In this document: positions 8,687-17,707 of the stretch, piece after piece
Numbering within the stretch: the first letter of the stretch is position 1
How the letters are laid out: each line of letters begins with the position of its first letter
Assembly: GCA_965223415.1 (NCBI GenBank)
Contig: OZ245002.1
Location: 672,001-736,000, forward strand
Direction of reading: 5' to 3'
DNA from: Myxococcota bacterium
GTDB lineage: Bacteria; Myxococcota_A; UBA9160; UBA6930
Length of the DNA: 64,000 nt
Made by a program: the position numbers and the translations under genes
The notes under the pieces: model-generated
Databases searched by the model: none
What the model was told of the DNA's origin: nothing
What the model saw: the letters and a program-made list of their open reading frames with translations, nothing else

Positions 8687-9667
8687 TTGAGTCGGTCCCC
8701 GGGGGCTCTGGTGTGGATGAGCGTCACCTTGGCCGCATGCGGGGTGTGGATGCTCGCCGGAGAGCGGCCGTTGCCCGAGGTGCCCGCGCGCACGGCGACC
8801 GCCGCGGCCCCCGACCCGGCACCGGCGGTACGCCCGCGGGCGCCTGCGGCGGCGCGCTCGGGCCGGCTGGGTGTGGACGGCGCCGGCCGCTTCGTGGCGG
8901 ATCGCGACGCACTCGCCTGGCTGCGCTCCTTCCTCTACGCGCACCGCGATCTCGAGCAGGCCGAACTCGCAGCGGCTCTCGACCGCGCTCTCCGCCGCGC
9001 GCTTCCCGAAGACGCCTGGCCCGACGCCCGCAACCTGACCGCGCGCTTCCTGGCGTTCCGGGCGGCGGCCCGGGCGGAGCTCGACGATCCGGCCCTGGCG
9101 GAGAGCGCCGGGCTCGAGCGGCGCCTCCAGTGGCTCCGGGAGCTGCGGCGCGAGCACTTCGGCCCGGAGCTGGCCGAGGCCCTGTTCGCCGAGGAGGAGG
9201 CCACGCTCCGGGTACAGCTGGCGATGCGCCGGGTGCGGGAGAACGATGGCCTGAGCCCGGCAGCCCGCCGCCAGGCGCTGGACACGCTGGAGGCGGAGCT
9301 TCCCGCCCCGGTGCGCGACACCTGGGCGCGGGTGACCGCCCCGCTGCGGCTCGCCGAGGAGGAGGAGGCGTTGCGGGCGGCCGGGGCCGGCGAAGCCGAA
9401 ATCCAGGCGCTACGGGAGGCGCGGGTGGGCCCGGCCGCCGCGCGCCGCCTCACCGCCCTCGACCGGGAGCGCGCCGTCTGGAAGGCGCGGGTGGACGCCT
9501 ACCGTGCCGAGCACAGCGCCCGGATCGCTGGCGGCGCCGACCCGGACGCCCTGCGCGCCCTCCGCGAGCGCCACTTCGAAGGCGACGAACGCGCCCGCGT
9601 CGAGCGCCTCGAGGCCGTGTGGCGCACGAGCGGGGCGGCCGGGGGCGGGGCGGCCGCGACGCCTTAG
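8687..9667 (+). CDS. Lipase secretion chaperone (foldase, Lif)
   Basis: N-terminal TM; LRREHFGPELAEALFAEEE and REARVGPAAARRLTALDRERAVWKARVDAY Lif-like segments; downstream of a family I lipase. Confidence 0.85.
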   Translation: MSRSPGALVWMSVTLAACGVWMLAGERPLPEVPARTATAAAPDPAPAVRPRAPAAARSGRLGVDGAGRFVADRDALAWLRSFLYAHRDLEQAELAAALDRALRRALPEDAWPDARNLTARFLAFRAAARAELDDPALAESAGLERRLQWLRELRREHFGPELAEALFAEEEATLRVQLAMRRVRENDGLSPAARRQALDTLEAELPAPVRDTWARVTAPLRLAEEEEALRAAGAGEAEIQALREARVGPAAARRLTALDRERAVWKARVDAYRAEHSARIAGGADPDALRALRERHFEGDERARVERLEAVWRTSGAAGGGAAATP

Positions 9668-10937
9668 CAGGCTGCTGAAATTCGGCGCTGAGAGGCGCCA
9701 GAACGCCAGAGGGCGCGGGTCCCCGCGGCCCGCTCGGCTCGCTCTTCGATCCCGGAAGCGATCCGGGGTACCTCGTCTCGATGCAGGTGCGTCATGTGAC
9801 CTCTACGAGGTTGCGTATGCGGACCAGGTTGTAGACCGCCGCCGTGAAGACGAACATCCACCCGACCCGATCCGTGCCCCGGTGACGCGTCTTTCGCATT
9901 CCCCCGACCGTCTTCATCCAACCGAAGCACTCCTCGATCCGCTTGCGTTTGTGCTGGCTGATCGCGTAGCCCTCGTGACGGACCGTGCGACCGTCGATCC
10001 GGCTGGCCCGATTCGTCGTGTGCTGCGCCACGTGCGGCGTGATGTTGCGCTTCCGGCAGCCCGCCACGAACTCCTCGGTGTCGTAGCCCTTGTCCCCGCC
10101 CAGCGTGATCCGGCGCCTTCCCGCCACGTCCTCCGCCATCTCCAGCGCTGCCAGCCGCTCGGCGTAGCCATCGGCCTCCGTCAGCAGCGCCGAGACGATC
10201 AGGCCGTTGCGGTTCTCCGTCAGCAGATGGCCCATGTAGGCCAGCTGCGAGGTCTGGCCCTTCTTGCGCGCCAGCCGCGCCTCGGGATCCGTCGTCGATT
10301 CGTGCGTCGCGTTGCTCCGCCGCTCTCCCCGAAAGTTCACCGTCGGGTTGCCCGGATCGTCGTCTCCGTCGTCCCCCGAGCCGTCCTTCGCCCGGAAGCT
10401 CTTCTGGCTCGCCCACGCCTCGATCAGCGTGCCATCCACCGTGAAGTGCTCCGACGACAGAAGGCCGTGGTCCTTTCCCTGCGCCAGCACCGCCTCAAAG
10501 AACGCCTCCGCCACGTCCCCTTCCAGCAGCCGGTCCCGGTTCTTCGTGAAGACCGTCGGGACCCAGACCGCATCCTCCATCCCCAGCCCTACGAACCAAC
10601 GGAACAGCAGGTTGTACTCGAGCTGCTCCATCAGCTGGCGCTCACTCCGGATCGAGTAGAGCACCTGCAGCAACAGAGCCCGCAGCAGCCGCTCCGGTGG
10701 GATCGACGGCCGGCCCGTCGACGCGTAGAGCTCCGAGAACCGCCGAGACAGGCCCCTCAGCGCCTCGTCCACCATCGCCCGCATGGGGCGAAGCGGATGA
10801 TCCTCCGGAATCCGCGTCTCCAGCGAGACGTAGCTGAACATCGAACCCTGCTCTCGGTCGCTGCCGCGCATCCTCTCTCCCCCCGACCCATCTTCTACCA
10901 TCGAGAACACGGAAACGCAGGGTTTTTCAGCAGCCTG
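9668..10937 (-). mobile_element. IS5-family insertion sequence, 1270 bp
   Basis: Perfect 13-bp TIRs CAGGCTGCTGAAA (9668-9680) and TTTCAGCAGCCTG (10925-10937); TTAG target duplication at 9664-9667 and 10938-10941. Confidence 0.92.
9792..10871 (-). CDS. IS5 family DDE transposase
   Basis: GRPSIPPERLLRALLLQ, VDGTLIEAWAS, GDKGYD, RKRIEECFGWMK, YNLVR. Confidence 0.92.
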   Translation of the reverse strand: MRGSDREQGSMFSYVSLETRIPEDHPLRPMRAMVDEALRGLSRRFSELYASTGRPSIPPERLLRALLLQVLYSIRSERQLMEQLEYNLLFRWFVGLGMEDAVWVPTVFTKNRDRLLEGDVAEAFFEAVLAQGKDHGLLSSEHFTVDGTLIEAWASQKSFRAKDGSGDDGDDDPGNPTVNFRGERRSNATHESTTDPEARLARKKGQTSQLAYMGHLLTENRNGLIVSALLTEADGYAERLAALEMAEDVAGRRRITLGGDKGYDTEEFVAGCRKRNITPHVAQHTTNRASRIDGRTVRHEGYAISQHKRKRIEECFGWMKTVGGMRKTRHRGTDRVGWMFVFTAAVYNLVRIRNLVEVT

Positions 10938-10986
10938 TTAGGCGGAGCCGGCCGAGCTACCATCCGCCGCTCTTCCTGGAGGCCCC

Positions 10987-13485
10987 TTGTCCACCGACGA
11001 TCCCCGTGTCGAACCGCTGCTCGGACAGCTGACCCTGGACGAGAAGGCCGCCCTCACCGCCGGCACCTCCATGTGGTACGGGGGCGGCGTGCCGAGGCTC
11101 GGCATCCGGCCCATGAAGGTGACCGACGGACCCATCGGCGCGCGAGGCGGCAACCTGGGCGGCGGGGTGGGCGCGGCCTGCTTCCCCAACGCCAGCGCCC
11201 TGGGGGCCACCTGGAATCCGGAGCTCGTCCAGCAGATCGGCGTGGCCCTCGGCCAGGAAGCGCGCACCAAGCAGTGCCACGTGCTCCTCGGGCCGACGAT
11301 CAACATGCACCGCTCGCCGCTCGGTGGGCGCCACTTCGAGAGCTACTCGGAGGATCCGCACCTCGCCGCGCGCCTGGCCGCCGCCTTCGTGCGAGGCGTC
11401 CAGAGCCAGGGCGTCGCGGTCTCGGCCAAGCACTACGTCGCGAACGACTCGGAGTTCGAGCGGCACACCATCGACTCCCGCGTGAGCGAGCGGGCGCTGC
11501 GCGAGATCTACCTGGCGCCCTTCGAGGCCGCGGTGGCGGCCGGGGCGTGGACCGTGATGGGCGCGTACAACGCCGTGAACGGCACGCCGGCCTGTGCCCA
11601 CCGGGAGCTTCTGGTCGACGTCCTCAAGGAGGAGTGGGGCTTCGACGGGCTGGTGGTCACCGACTGGTTCGCCCTCAAGGACACCCTCGGGCCGGGCCGC
11701 GGCGGCCTCGATCTGGAGATGCCGGGGCCGGCGCGCTTCTTCGGGCCCGCCCTGGCCCAGGCGGTGAAGGACGGCGACGTGCCCGAGGAGGAGCTCGACG
11801 ACAAGGTGCGCCGCATCCTCCGGGTGATGGCGCGCACCGGCGCCCTCGACACCCCGGAGGAGGAGCCGCCGGAGCGGGCCGTCGACCGTCCCGAGCACCG
11901 CGCCCTCGCCCTGCGCGCGGCCAGCGAGGCGCTCGTGCTGCTGAAGAACGACGCGGCAGGCGGCGGCCCGCCGGTGCTCCCCCTGCGCCGGGACGGCCTG
12001 CGCCGCCTCGCGGTGATCGGGCCGAACGCGCGGCACACCTGCATCCAGGGCGGCGGCAGCGCCCGCGTGCTGCCCCACTACGAGACCCACGCGGAGGGGG
12101 CCCTCCGCGAGGCCTGCGGCGACGGCGTGGAGGTGGTCTTCGCTCCGGGCTGCACGAGCCACAAGACGTTGCCGGTGATCGATCCGGCGCGGGTCGCGCC
12201 GCCGGAGGAGCCCGAGGGCAGGGGCTTCGAGGCCCGCTTCTTCGGCGGCCTCGCCTTCGAAGGCGAGCCGGTGCGCGTCCGGCGTTCTGCCAACATGGAG
12301 CATCTGTGGCTCGGCGCGTTCGATCCCGCCGTCGATCCGGCGGCCTTCTCGGTGCGCTTCCACGGCCGCTTCACGCCGGAGGAGAGCGGCGATCACCGCT
12401 TCGGCCTCACCTGTGCCGGAAAGGCGCGGCTGTTCCTCGACGGGGAGCTCGCCATCGACAACTGGAACGAGCAGGTGCGCGGCGATGCCTACTTCGGTAC
12501 CGGCACCCGCGAGGAGGTGGCCACGGTCCCGCTCGTCGGGGGGGAGCCGGTGGAGCTCCGGGTCGAGTACACCCGGGAGGGCGCCGTGATGATGGGCGGC
12601 CTCAAGCTCGGCCATCTGCCGCCGCTCGGCGACGACCCGCTGGGCGAAGCGGAGCGCGTGGCGGCTGCGGCGGACGCGGCGGTCGTGATCGTCGGGCTCA
12701 ACGCCGAGTGGGAGACCGAAGGGCACGACAAGCAGGGGGCCGACCTCCCGGGCGGGCAGGCGGAGCTGATCGAACGCGTGGCCGCGGCGAATCCCCGCAC
12801 CGCCGTGGTGGTGAACGCCGGCGCACCGCTGGTGATGGACTGGGCGGAGCGAGTGCCGGCGATCCTGTGGGCCTGGTACGGCGGCCAGGAGGCGGGCACC
12901 GCCATCGCCGCCGGCCTGATCGGCGACGCCAACCCCTGCGGCAAGCTGCCGACGACCTTCCCGCGTTCCCTGGACGACGTGCCCTGCCACAGAGGAGACC
13001 CGGAGGTCTACCCGGGGAAGGACGGCCGGGTGGTCTACGCCGAGGACCTCCTGGTGGGCCACCGGCACTACGAGGCGAAGGGCATCGCGCCGCGCTTCCC
13101 CTTCGGCTTCGGCCTCTCCTACACGCGCTTCGAGCTCGGTGCGCCGAGCCTCTCCGCCCCGAGCGGCGACCTGTCCCGGCCCCTCGAGGTGACGGTTCCC
13201 GTGCGCAACACCGGCGAGCGGGCGGGCCAGGAAGTGGTCCAATGCTATGTCGCTCCTCCGGCCGGACGCCTTTCCCGTCCGGCGCGGGAGCTCGAGGCCT
13301 TCGCGAAGCTCGCCCTGGCACCGGGAGAGGAGGGCGAGGCCGTGCTGCGCCTCGAGCGCCGCGCCTTCTCCTGCTGGGACCCGGACACCCACGACTGGGT
13401 CGCCGAGCCCGGCGCCTACGAGCTCTGCATCGGAACCGCGTCGAGCGACCTGCCCCATCGCCTGCGCTTCGAGCTCACGGGCTGA
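10987..13485 (+). CDS. GH3 beta-glucosidase with PA14 and Fn3-like domains
   Basis: TDGPIGARG, GGRHFESYSEDP, KHYVAND, VVTDW, SLVLLKN-like ALVLLKN, FPFGFGLSYTRF, EVVQCY. Confidence 0.92.
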   Translation: MSTDDPRVEPLLGQLTLDEKAALTAGTSMWYGGGVPRLGIRPMKVTDGPIGARGGNLGGGVGAACFPNASALGATWNPELVQQIGVALGQEARTKQCHVLLGPTINMHRSPLGGRHFESYSEDPHLAARLAAAFVRGVQSQGVAVSAKHYVANDSEFERHTIDSRVSERALREIYLAPFEAAVAAGAWTVMGAYNAVNGTPACAHRELLVDVLKEEWGFDGLVVTDWFALKDTLGPGRGGLDLEMPGPARFFGPALAQAVKDGDVPEEELDDKVRRILRVMARTGALDTPEEEPPERAVDRPEHRALALRAASEALVLLKNDAAGGGPPVLPLRRDGLRRLAVIGPNARHTCIQGGGSARVLPHYETHAEGALREACGDGVEVVFAPGCTSHKTLPVIDPARVAPPEEPEGRGFEARFFGGLAFEGEPVRVRRSANMEHLWLGAFDPAVDPAAFSVRFHGRFTPEESGDHRFGLTCAGKARLFLDGELAIDNWNEQVRGDAYFGTGTREEVATVPLVGGEPVELRVEYTREGAVMMGGLKLGHLPPLGDDPLGEAERVAAAADAAVVIVGLNAEWETEGHDKQGADLPGGQAELIERVAAANPRTAVVVNAGAPLVMDWAERVPAILWAWYGGQEAGTAIAAGLIGDANPCGKLPTTFPRSLDDVPCHRGDPEVYPGKDGRVVYAEDLLVGHRHYEAKGIAPRFPFGFGLSYTRFELGAPSLSAPSGDLSRPLEVTVPVRNTGERAGQEVVQCYVAPPAGRLSRPARELEAFAKLALAPGEEGEAVLRLERRAFSCWDPDTHDWVAEPGAYELCIGTASSDLPHRLRFELTG

Positions 13486-13487
13486 CC

Positions 13488-14249
13488 ATGGGCCGCGTGT
13501 GGGTCTTCGGCGGCTCCGAGGGAATCGGCGAGGCCGTGGCGGAAGCCTGCAGCCGGCGTGGCGACCGCGTCGCCATCTTTGCCCGTAGGACGGAGCGGCT
13601 GGAGGCCACCTCCCGGCACCTGGGGATACTGGGCCTATCCGCCGACGTCGAGGATCCGGACTCCCTGGCCGACGCCTGCGAGCGCGCCGCCAAGGCCCTC
13701 GGCGAACCGGACCTGGTGGTGAACTGCGCGGGACGGGCCCGCCCCGCCCGCTTCGCCGACAAGGACCTCGGCGATCTCCAGGCGGACCTCCGCGTCCACG
13801 TCGAGGGCGCCTGGAACGTGGTGAAGGCGTGTCTCCCCCTCATGCCCGGCGGCGGAACCTTCGTCCTGACCTCGTCGCTGGCCGGCCTGATCCCGATCTT
13901 CGGCTACAGCGACTACGCCGCCTCCAAGGCCGGTGTAATCGCCCTGGCCGAGGTGCTGCGCCAGGAGCTCGCCCCGCGGAAGATCGACGTGCGCGTGCTG
14001 TGCCCGCCGGACGTGGACACGCCGGGCTTCGAGATCGAGAACCGGAGCAAGCCCAGAGAGACCCGGGCCCTCTCGGAGGGCGCCTCACTCCTCACGGCGG
14101 AGGCCGTGGCCGGCGAGCTGCTGCGCGGCCTGGACCGACGGCGCTTCCTGATCGTCCCGGGCCGCGCGGCGAGGGGGTTGGCCGCCGTCGTGCGGCTGGC
14201 GCCTAGGCTCGCTCGCCGGATCGTGGATCGGAGCCTGCGGGCCCGCTGA
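13488..14249 (+). CDS. SDR oxidoreductase, 3-ketodihydrosphingosine reductase (KDSR)-like
   Basis: GGSEGIG, VNCAG, SS, YAASK, PPDVDTPGFEIENRSKPRET; it is the tail of the long 9504..14249 ORF, start ATG 13488. Confidence 0.8.
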   Translation: MGRVWVFGGSEGIGEAVAEACSRRGDRVAIFARRTERLEATSRHLGILGLSADVEDPDSLADACERAAKALGEPDLVVNCAGRARPARFADKDLGDLQADLRVHVEGAWNVVKACLPLMPGGGTFVLTSSLAGLIPIFGYSDYAASKAGVIALAEVLRQELAPRKIDVRVLCPPDVDTPGFEIENRSKPRETRALSEGASLLTAEAVAGELLRGLDRRRFLIVPGRAARGLAAVVRLAPRLARRIVDRSLRAR

Positions 14250-15471
14250 GCGGCGGGCGATCGGAAACGAGCCCGGCCCAGAGCGCCTCCAGCTGGTCGC
14301 AGAACACCGCCTCGGACAGGTTCTCCCGGGTGAAGCGGCGGCCGTTGGCGCCGAGCTCCCGCGCCCGCTCGGGGTTCTCGAGCAGCTCGAGGATGCCGTC
14401 GGCGATCTCGTCCGGGTCCTGGGCCTTGTGCACGACGCCGCAGTCGGCGCTGCGGATCAGGTCGGGAATGCCCCCGCGGTCGCTGCCGACGATCGGCCGA
14501 CCGGCGGCCATCGCCTCGTAGGCCACCAGCGGGGAGTTCTCGAGCCACACCGACGGAATGGCGCAGACCTGCGCGTCGGCATAGTGCTCGGCGAGCTGCT
14601 CGTTGGGAAGCCGACCCAGGAAATCGACCGACTTCGCCACACCGAGCGAATCCGCCAGCGCCTTGCACTCCTCCAGGCTCTCACCGTCGCCGATGACCAC
14701 GAGCCGCGCGTCCGCCACCCGCTCGACCACACGGGGCATGGCGCGAACCAGGGAATGCACCCCCTTCGCGGGAATCACGACGCCGACGAAGAGCACGCGG
14801 TGGTTCTCCGGCGGCGCACCCGCTTCGCGCATCTCGACCGGAGAAAAGTAGGGAAGGCGATGCACGCGGGGGAAGCGGAACGAGCGCAGCATCTCGGCCA
14901 GGTGCCGGCTCGGCGGCAGGTAGACGTCGACAACGCGCCGGGCCATGGCCCGCCAGGCTCCGAGGAGGAAGAGATAGGCCGGAAGCCTGACTGCGGGGAT
15001 GCAGCCGTGCCGGATGCACTGGAGCCCCTCGCCACCGGGACAGACCTGCATGTCGTCGGCGTGGATCAGCCAACCACTGGGACAGAACATGCCGCCGCTG
15101 TGCAGGCTCTGGACGACCACCTGGCCGCGAAGCGCCATCAGCACCGCCAGCGGGTACTTGGTGTTCATGTGCAGGTGGACGACGTCGGGACGGTGCTCGC
15201 GGACGGCCCGCCGGAGCGCCTGGTAGGCGCCCAGGGCGAAGCTGAACTTGGCGAGCCAGCGCCCGAGCTGGGTGGTCGGCTCGCTGGCCGCGATGGAGCG
15301 GGCGTCCTCGACGGGAGGCGGCTCGCTCGGACTCGTGAAGCCGAAGACGCGCACGTCGTGGCCGCGACCGCGCATGGCGCGGATCTCGGCCCAGAAGTTG
15401 GTCTCGGCCCCGCCGATCTCGGCGAGGGTGTTGTGGACGAGCAGGAGCCGCCAGGGCCCTGTGCCTGCCAT
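14203..15471 (-). CDS. Glycosyltransferase family 4
   Basis: GGAE, PDVVHLH, FVG...KGV, PSVWLENSPLVAYEAMAAGRPIVGSDRGGIPD. Confidence 0.9.
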   Translation of the reverse strand: MAGTGPWRLLLVHNTLAEIGGAETNFWAEIRAMRGRGHDVRVFGFTSPSEPPPVEDARSIAASEPTTQLGRWLAKFSFALGAYQALRRAVREHRPDVVHLHMNTKYPLAVLMALRGQVVVQSLHSGGMFCPSGWLIHADDMQVCPGGEGLQCIRHGCIPAVRLPAYLFLLGAWRAMARRVVDVYLPPSRHLAEMLRSFRFPRVHRLPYFSPVEMREAGAPPENHRVLFVGVVIPAKGVHSLVRAMPRVVERVADARLVVIGDGESLEECKALADSLGVAKSVDFLGRLPNEQLAEHYADAQVCAIPSVWLENSPLVAYEAMAAGRPIVGSDRGGIPDLIRSADCGVVHKAQDPDEIADGILELLENPERARELGANGRRFTRENLSEAVFCDQLEALWAGLVSDRPPLSGPAGSDPRSGERA

Positions 15472-15601
15472 GGTCGCGGTCCTCCGGTCCGGGCTCCTCG
15501 ACGTCCGGTACCCCGCCCTTGAGCGCTGCACGAGGGCCAGGGGACCCGGCAGGGTAGGGCAGGGCCGGGGAAACGCGAAGACGGAACCCGAGCCGCGCGG
15601 C

Positions 15602-16294
15602 TCAGGCGGCGGCGGGCGCCCCTGCGGACCAGACGGGCTCGTAGAGCGGCGGATCGCCGAGGCGGAGCTCGCTTCGCACGTCGTCCAGGGGTCGGGCGAG
15701 CAGGGCCTCCCAGTCGGCGGCGTACAGGCAGGCGGCTCGGCGGCCGCGGCGCCAGGCGTCACGCAGCAAACGGCGTTCGTCGGCGTCGCTCTCCCACCAG
15801 GCGAGGGCCACGACGAGGCCGATCCCGTGGTTCCAGCCCTGGGCCAGGCCGAGGGTGAGCAGCGCGCCCTCGCCCCGCAGGTCGCGACCGTAGCCGCAGG
15901 CGACGTGCTCGAGATCGTGGCTGTCGCGCAGCCGCAGGGAGAAGCGGCGGCGATCCTCGTCCAGCGCGTCGTAGCGTCCGCTTCCGGTCTCGCTCGCCTC
16001 GACGAGGCCCTGGGCGGAGATCTGCTCGCGCGCGGTGAACTCGGCGTACTCCCGGCCCAGGCTGCCCTCGGGCAGGGCCAGCAGGGCTTCCCGGTCCTCG
16101 AGGGTGGCGAGCAGGTCGCGCTTCTCTTCCAGCACCCGGGCGCCCACCTCGGTGCGGCGGAAGCGGCGGAAGAGCTTGTCGGCTCCGAGGCCGGACAGGG
16201 CCTCGATGATCTCGAACACCGCAGCGGTGTCGTCCGGGTCCTCCCGAAGGCGCATCAGGGCTCGCCAGGCATCGCGGAATCGGTACTGGGCCAT
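15602..16294 (-). CDS. Coq4-like (ubiquinone biosynthesis family) protein
   Basis: LPEGSLGREY and HDLEHVACGYGRDLRGE (HDxxH-x11-E metal motif). Confidence 0.8.
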   Translation of the reverse strand: MAQYRFRDAWRALMRLREDPDDTAAVFEIIEALSGLGADKLFRRFRRTEVGARVLEEKRDLLATLEDREALLALPEGSLGREYAEFTAREQISAQGLVEASETGSGRYDALDEDRRRFSLRLRDSHDLEHVACGYGRDLRGEGALLTLGLAQGWNHGIGLVVALAWWESDADERRLLRDAWRRGRRAACLYAADWEALLARPLDDVRSELRLGDPPLYEPVWSAGAPAAA

Positions 16295-16314
16295 GGTTCT
16301 CTCCGGCGCGCGGT

Positions 16315-16338
16315 GCTATCTACATTATTGTAAGTAGC
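16315..16338. promoter_or_regulatory. Palindromic operator GCTA-tc-TACA-ttat-TGTA-ag-TAGC, probable TetR site
   Basis: AT-rich inverted repeat between divergent Coq4-like and TetR genes. Confidence 0.55.
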
Positions 16339-16350
16339 CAGGAGTCGCAA

Positions 16351-16959
16351 GTGCCTTCCGACGCCCGCACCCGTCGCCGCCTGCCCGCCGCCGAGGCCAA
16401 GGAGCGCATCCTCGAGGTGGCCCAGAAACGGCTCACGGAAGGGGGGCCCGAGGCGATCCGCCTCCAGGAGGTGGCGAGCGACCTGGGCATCTCCCATCCG
16501 ACCATCCTGCATCACTTCGGCAGCCGGGAGGGCCTCCTGCTGGCCCTCGAGCGGCGGGCCATGAGCGGGCTCCAGCGAGACCTGCTCGAAGGGGACCGGG
16601 GCTACGAGGCAGCACTCGACCGGATCGACGCCGTGCTGGGCGACCAGGGGTACGCCCGGCTGCTGGCCTGGTGGGTGCTCTCGCGGCAGGGCGACGCGGC
16701 CGAGGACGACAGGGGCATGCTCCGGCACCTGGCGGATGCGGTGCACGCGGGGCGCTGTGAGGCGGCGCGCGACGCGGGTCGCCCAGAGCCGACGCCCGAG
16801 GACACCCTGTTCCAGGTGCGCCTGCTGGCCGCCGCCACCTTCGGTGAGGCGCTGCTCGGGCCCCTGCTCACCCGCAGCGCGGGCCTCGAGGACGACGACG
16901 ACGTCCGCCGCCGGTTCCGCCGCTGGCTGGCGCGGCTGCTGGACCCGGCGGCGGACTGA
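16351..16959 (+). CDS. TetR/AcrR family regulator
   Basis: IRLQEVASDLGISHPTILHHFGSREGLL HTH. Confidence 0.9.
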   Translation: MPSDARTRRRLPAAEAKERILEVAQKRLTEGGPEAIRLQEVASDLGISHPTILHHFGSREGLLLALERRAMSGLQRDLLEGDRGYEAALDRIDAVLGDQGYARLLAWWVLSRQGDAAEDDRGMLRHLADAVHAGRCEAARDAGRPEPTPEDTLFQVRLLAAATFGEALLGPLLTRSAGLEDDDDVRRRFRRWLARLLDPAAD

Positions 16960-16989
16960 AGCGTGCGGGCGGACGGGGCGCGCTCCGGC

Positions 16990-17612
16990 TCGCCGCGTCG
17001 ACCATGCCCTCGAACAGCCAGTCGTTCAGGAACGACGGATCGTCGTACTTGCCGTCGCCGACCCGCTTGCCGCAGTCCTCGACGCCGTTCATGGCCCGGT
17101 CGCCACAGGTCACGTGGAACTTCGACTCGCCCAGCTTGGTGGTGCCGGTGCTGTCGAAGATCTCCCACACCGAGTGGCCCTGTGAAGCCGGTCACCGCGA
17201 TCTGGCCACCGACGATCACGGCGTCGAAGGTGTCGAGCACCGGGCCGCCGACGTCGCCGTCGTAGGCGATCACGTCCACCGTCTGGGTGCCGTCCCAAAC
17301 CAGGGTGATCTCGCTCAGCGACTGCTAGCAGGAGCAGCTGAACGCACCCGGCGGCGGGGCCTTCACGTCCGCCGTCACCGGGTCGGTGCCCGGATCGCAG
17401 AAGTCACCAGCGATGTCGCCGGTCGCCGAGGCGATGTGGGTGGTGAGCCCGAAGAGGGTCGCGTCCTTGGTGAAGGTGATCGACTCGGTGGGCGCGAGCG
17501 AGAATCCGCTGGCGCGTCTGGGTCGTCTCCGAGACCTGGAGGAACCCCACGTCCGTCCCGTTGTAGTCGCCGTGGTTGACCGTCGCGGTCGCCAAGCCGG
17601 GGAAAGGGAGCG
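16990..17612 (-). pseudogene. Fragmented remnant of a secreted protein gene
   Basis: Protein-like pieces in changing frames: ATVNHGDYNGTDVGFLQVSETT / SLAPTESITFT...AFSCSC*QSLSEITLVWDG...GFTG / VWEIFD...FHVTCGD...EDCGK; in-frame TAG at 17325-17327 and frame changes near 17510 and 17175. Confidence 0.55.
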
Positions 17613-17707
17613 CATGAGCGGACCTCGACTCGACTGGTGGACAGCGGACGGACTCCGTGGCGGTGCGAGCGCCGAAAGAGGAGTCCGCTGGGGCTCCGGA
17701 GGGTCGT

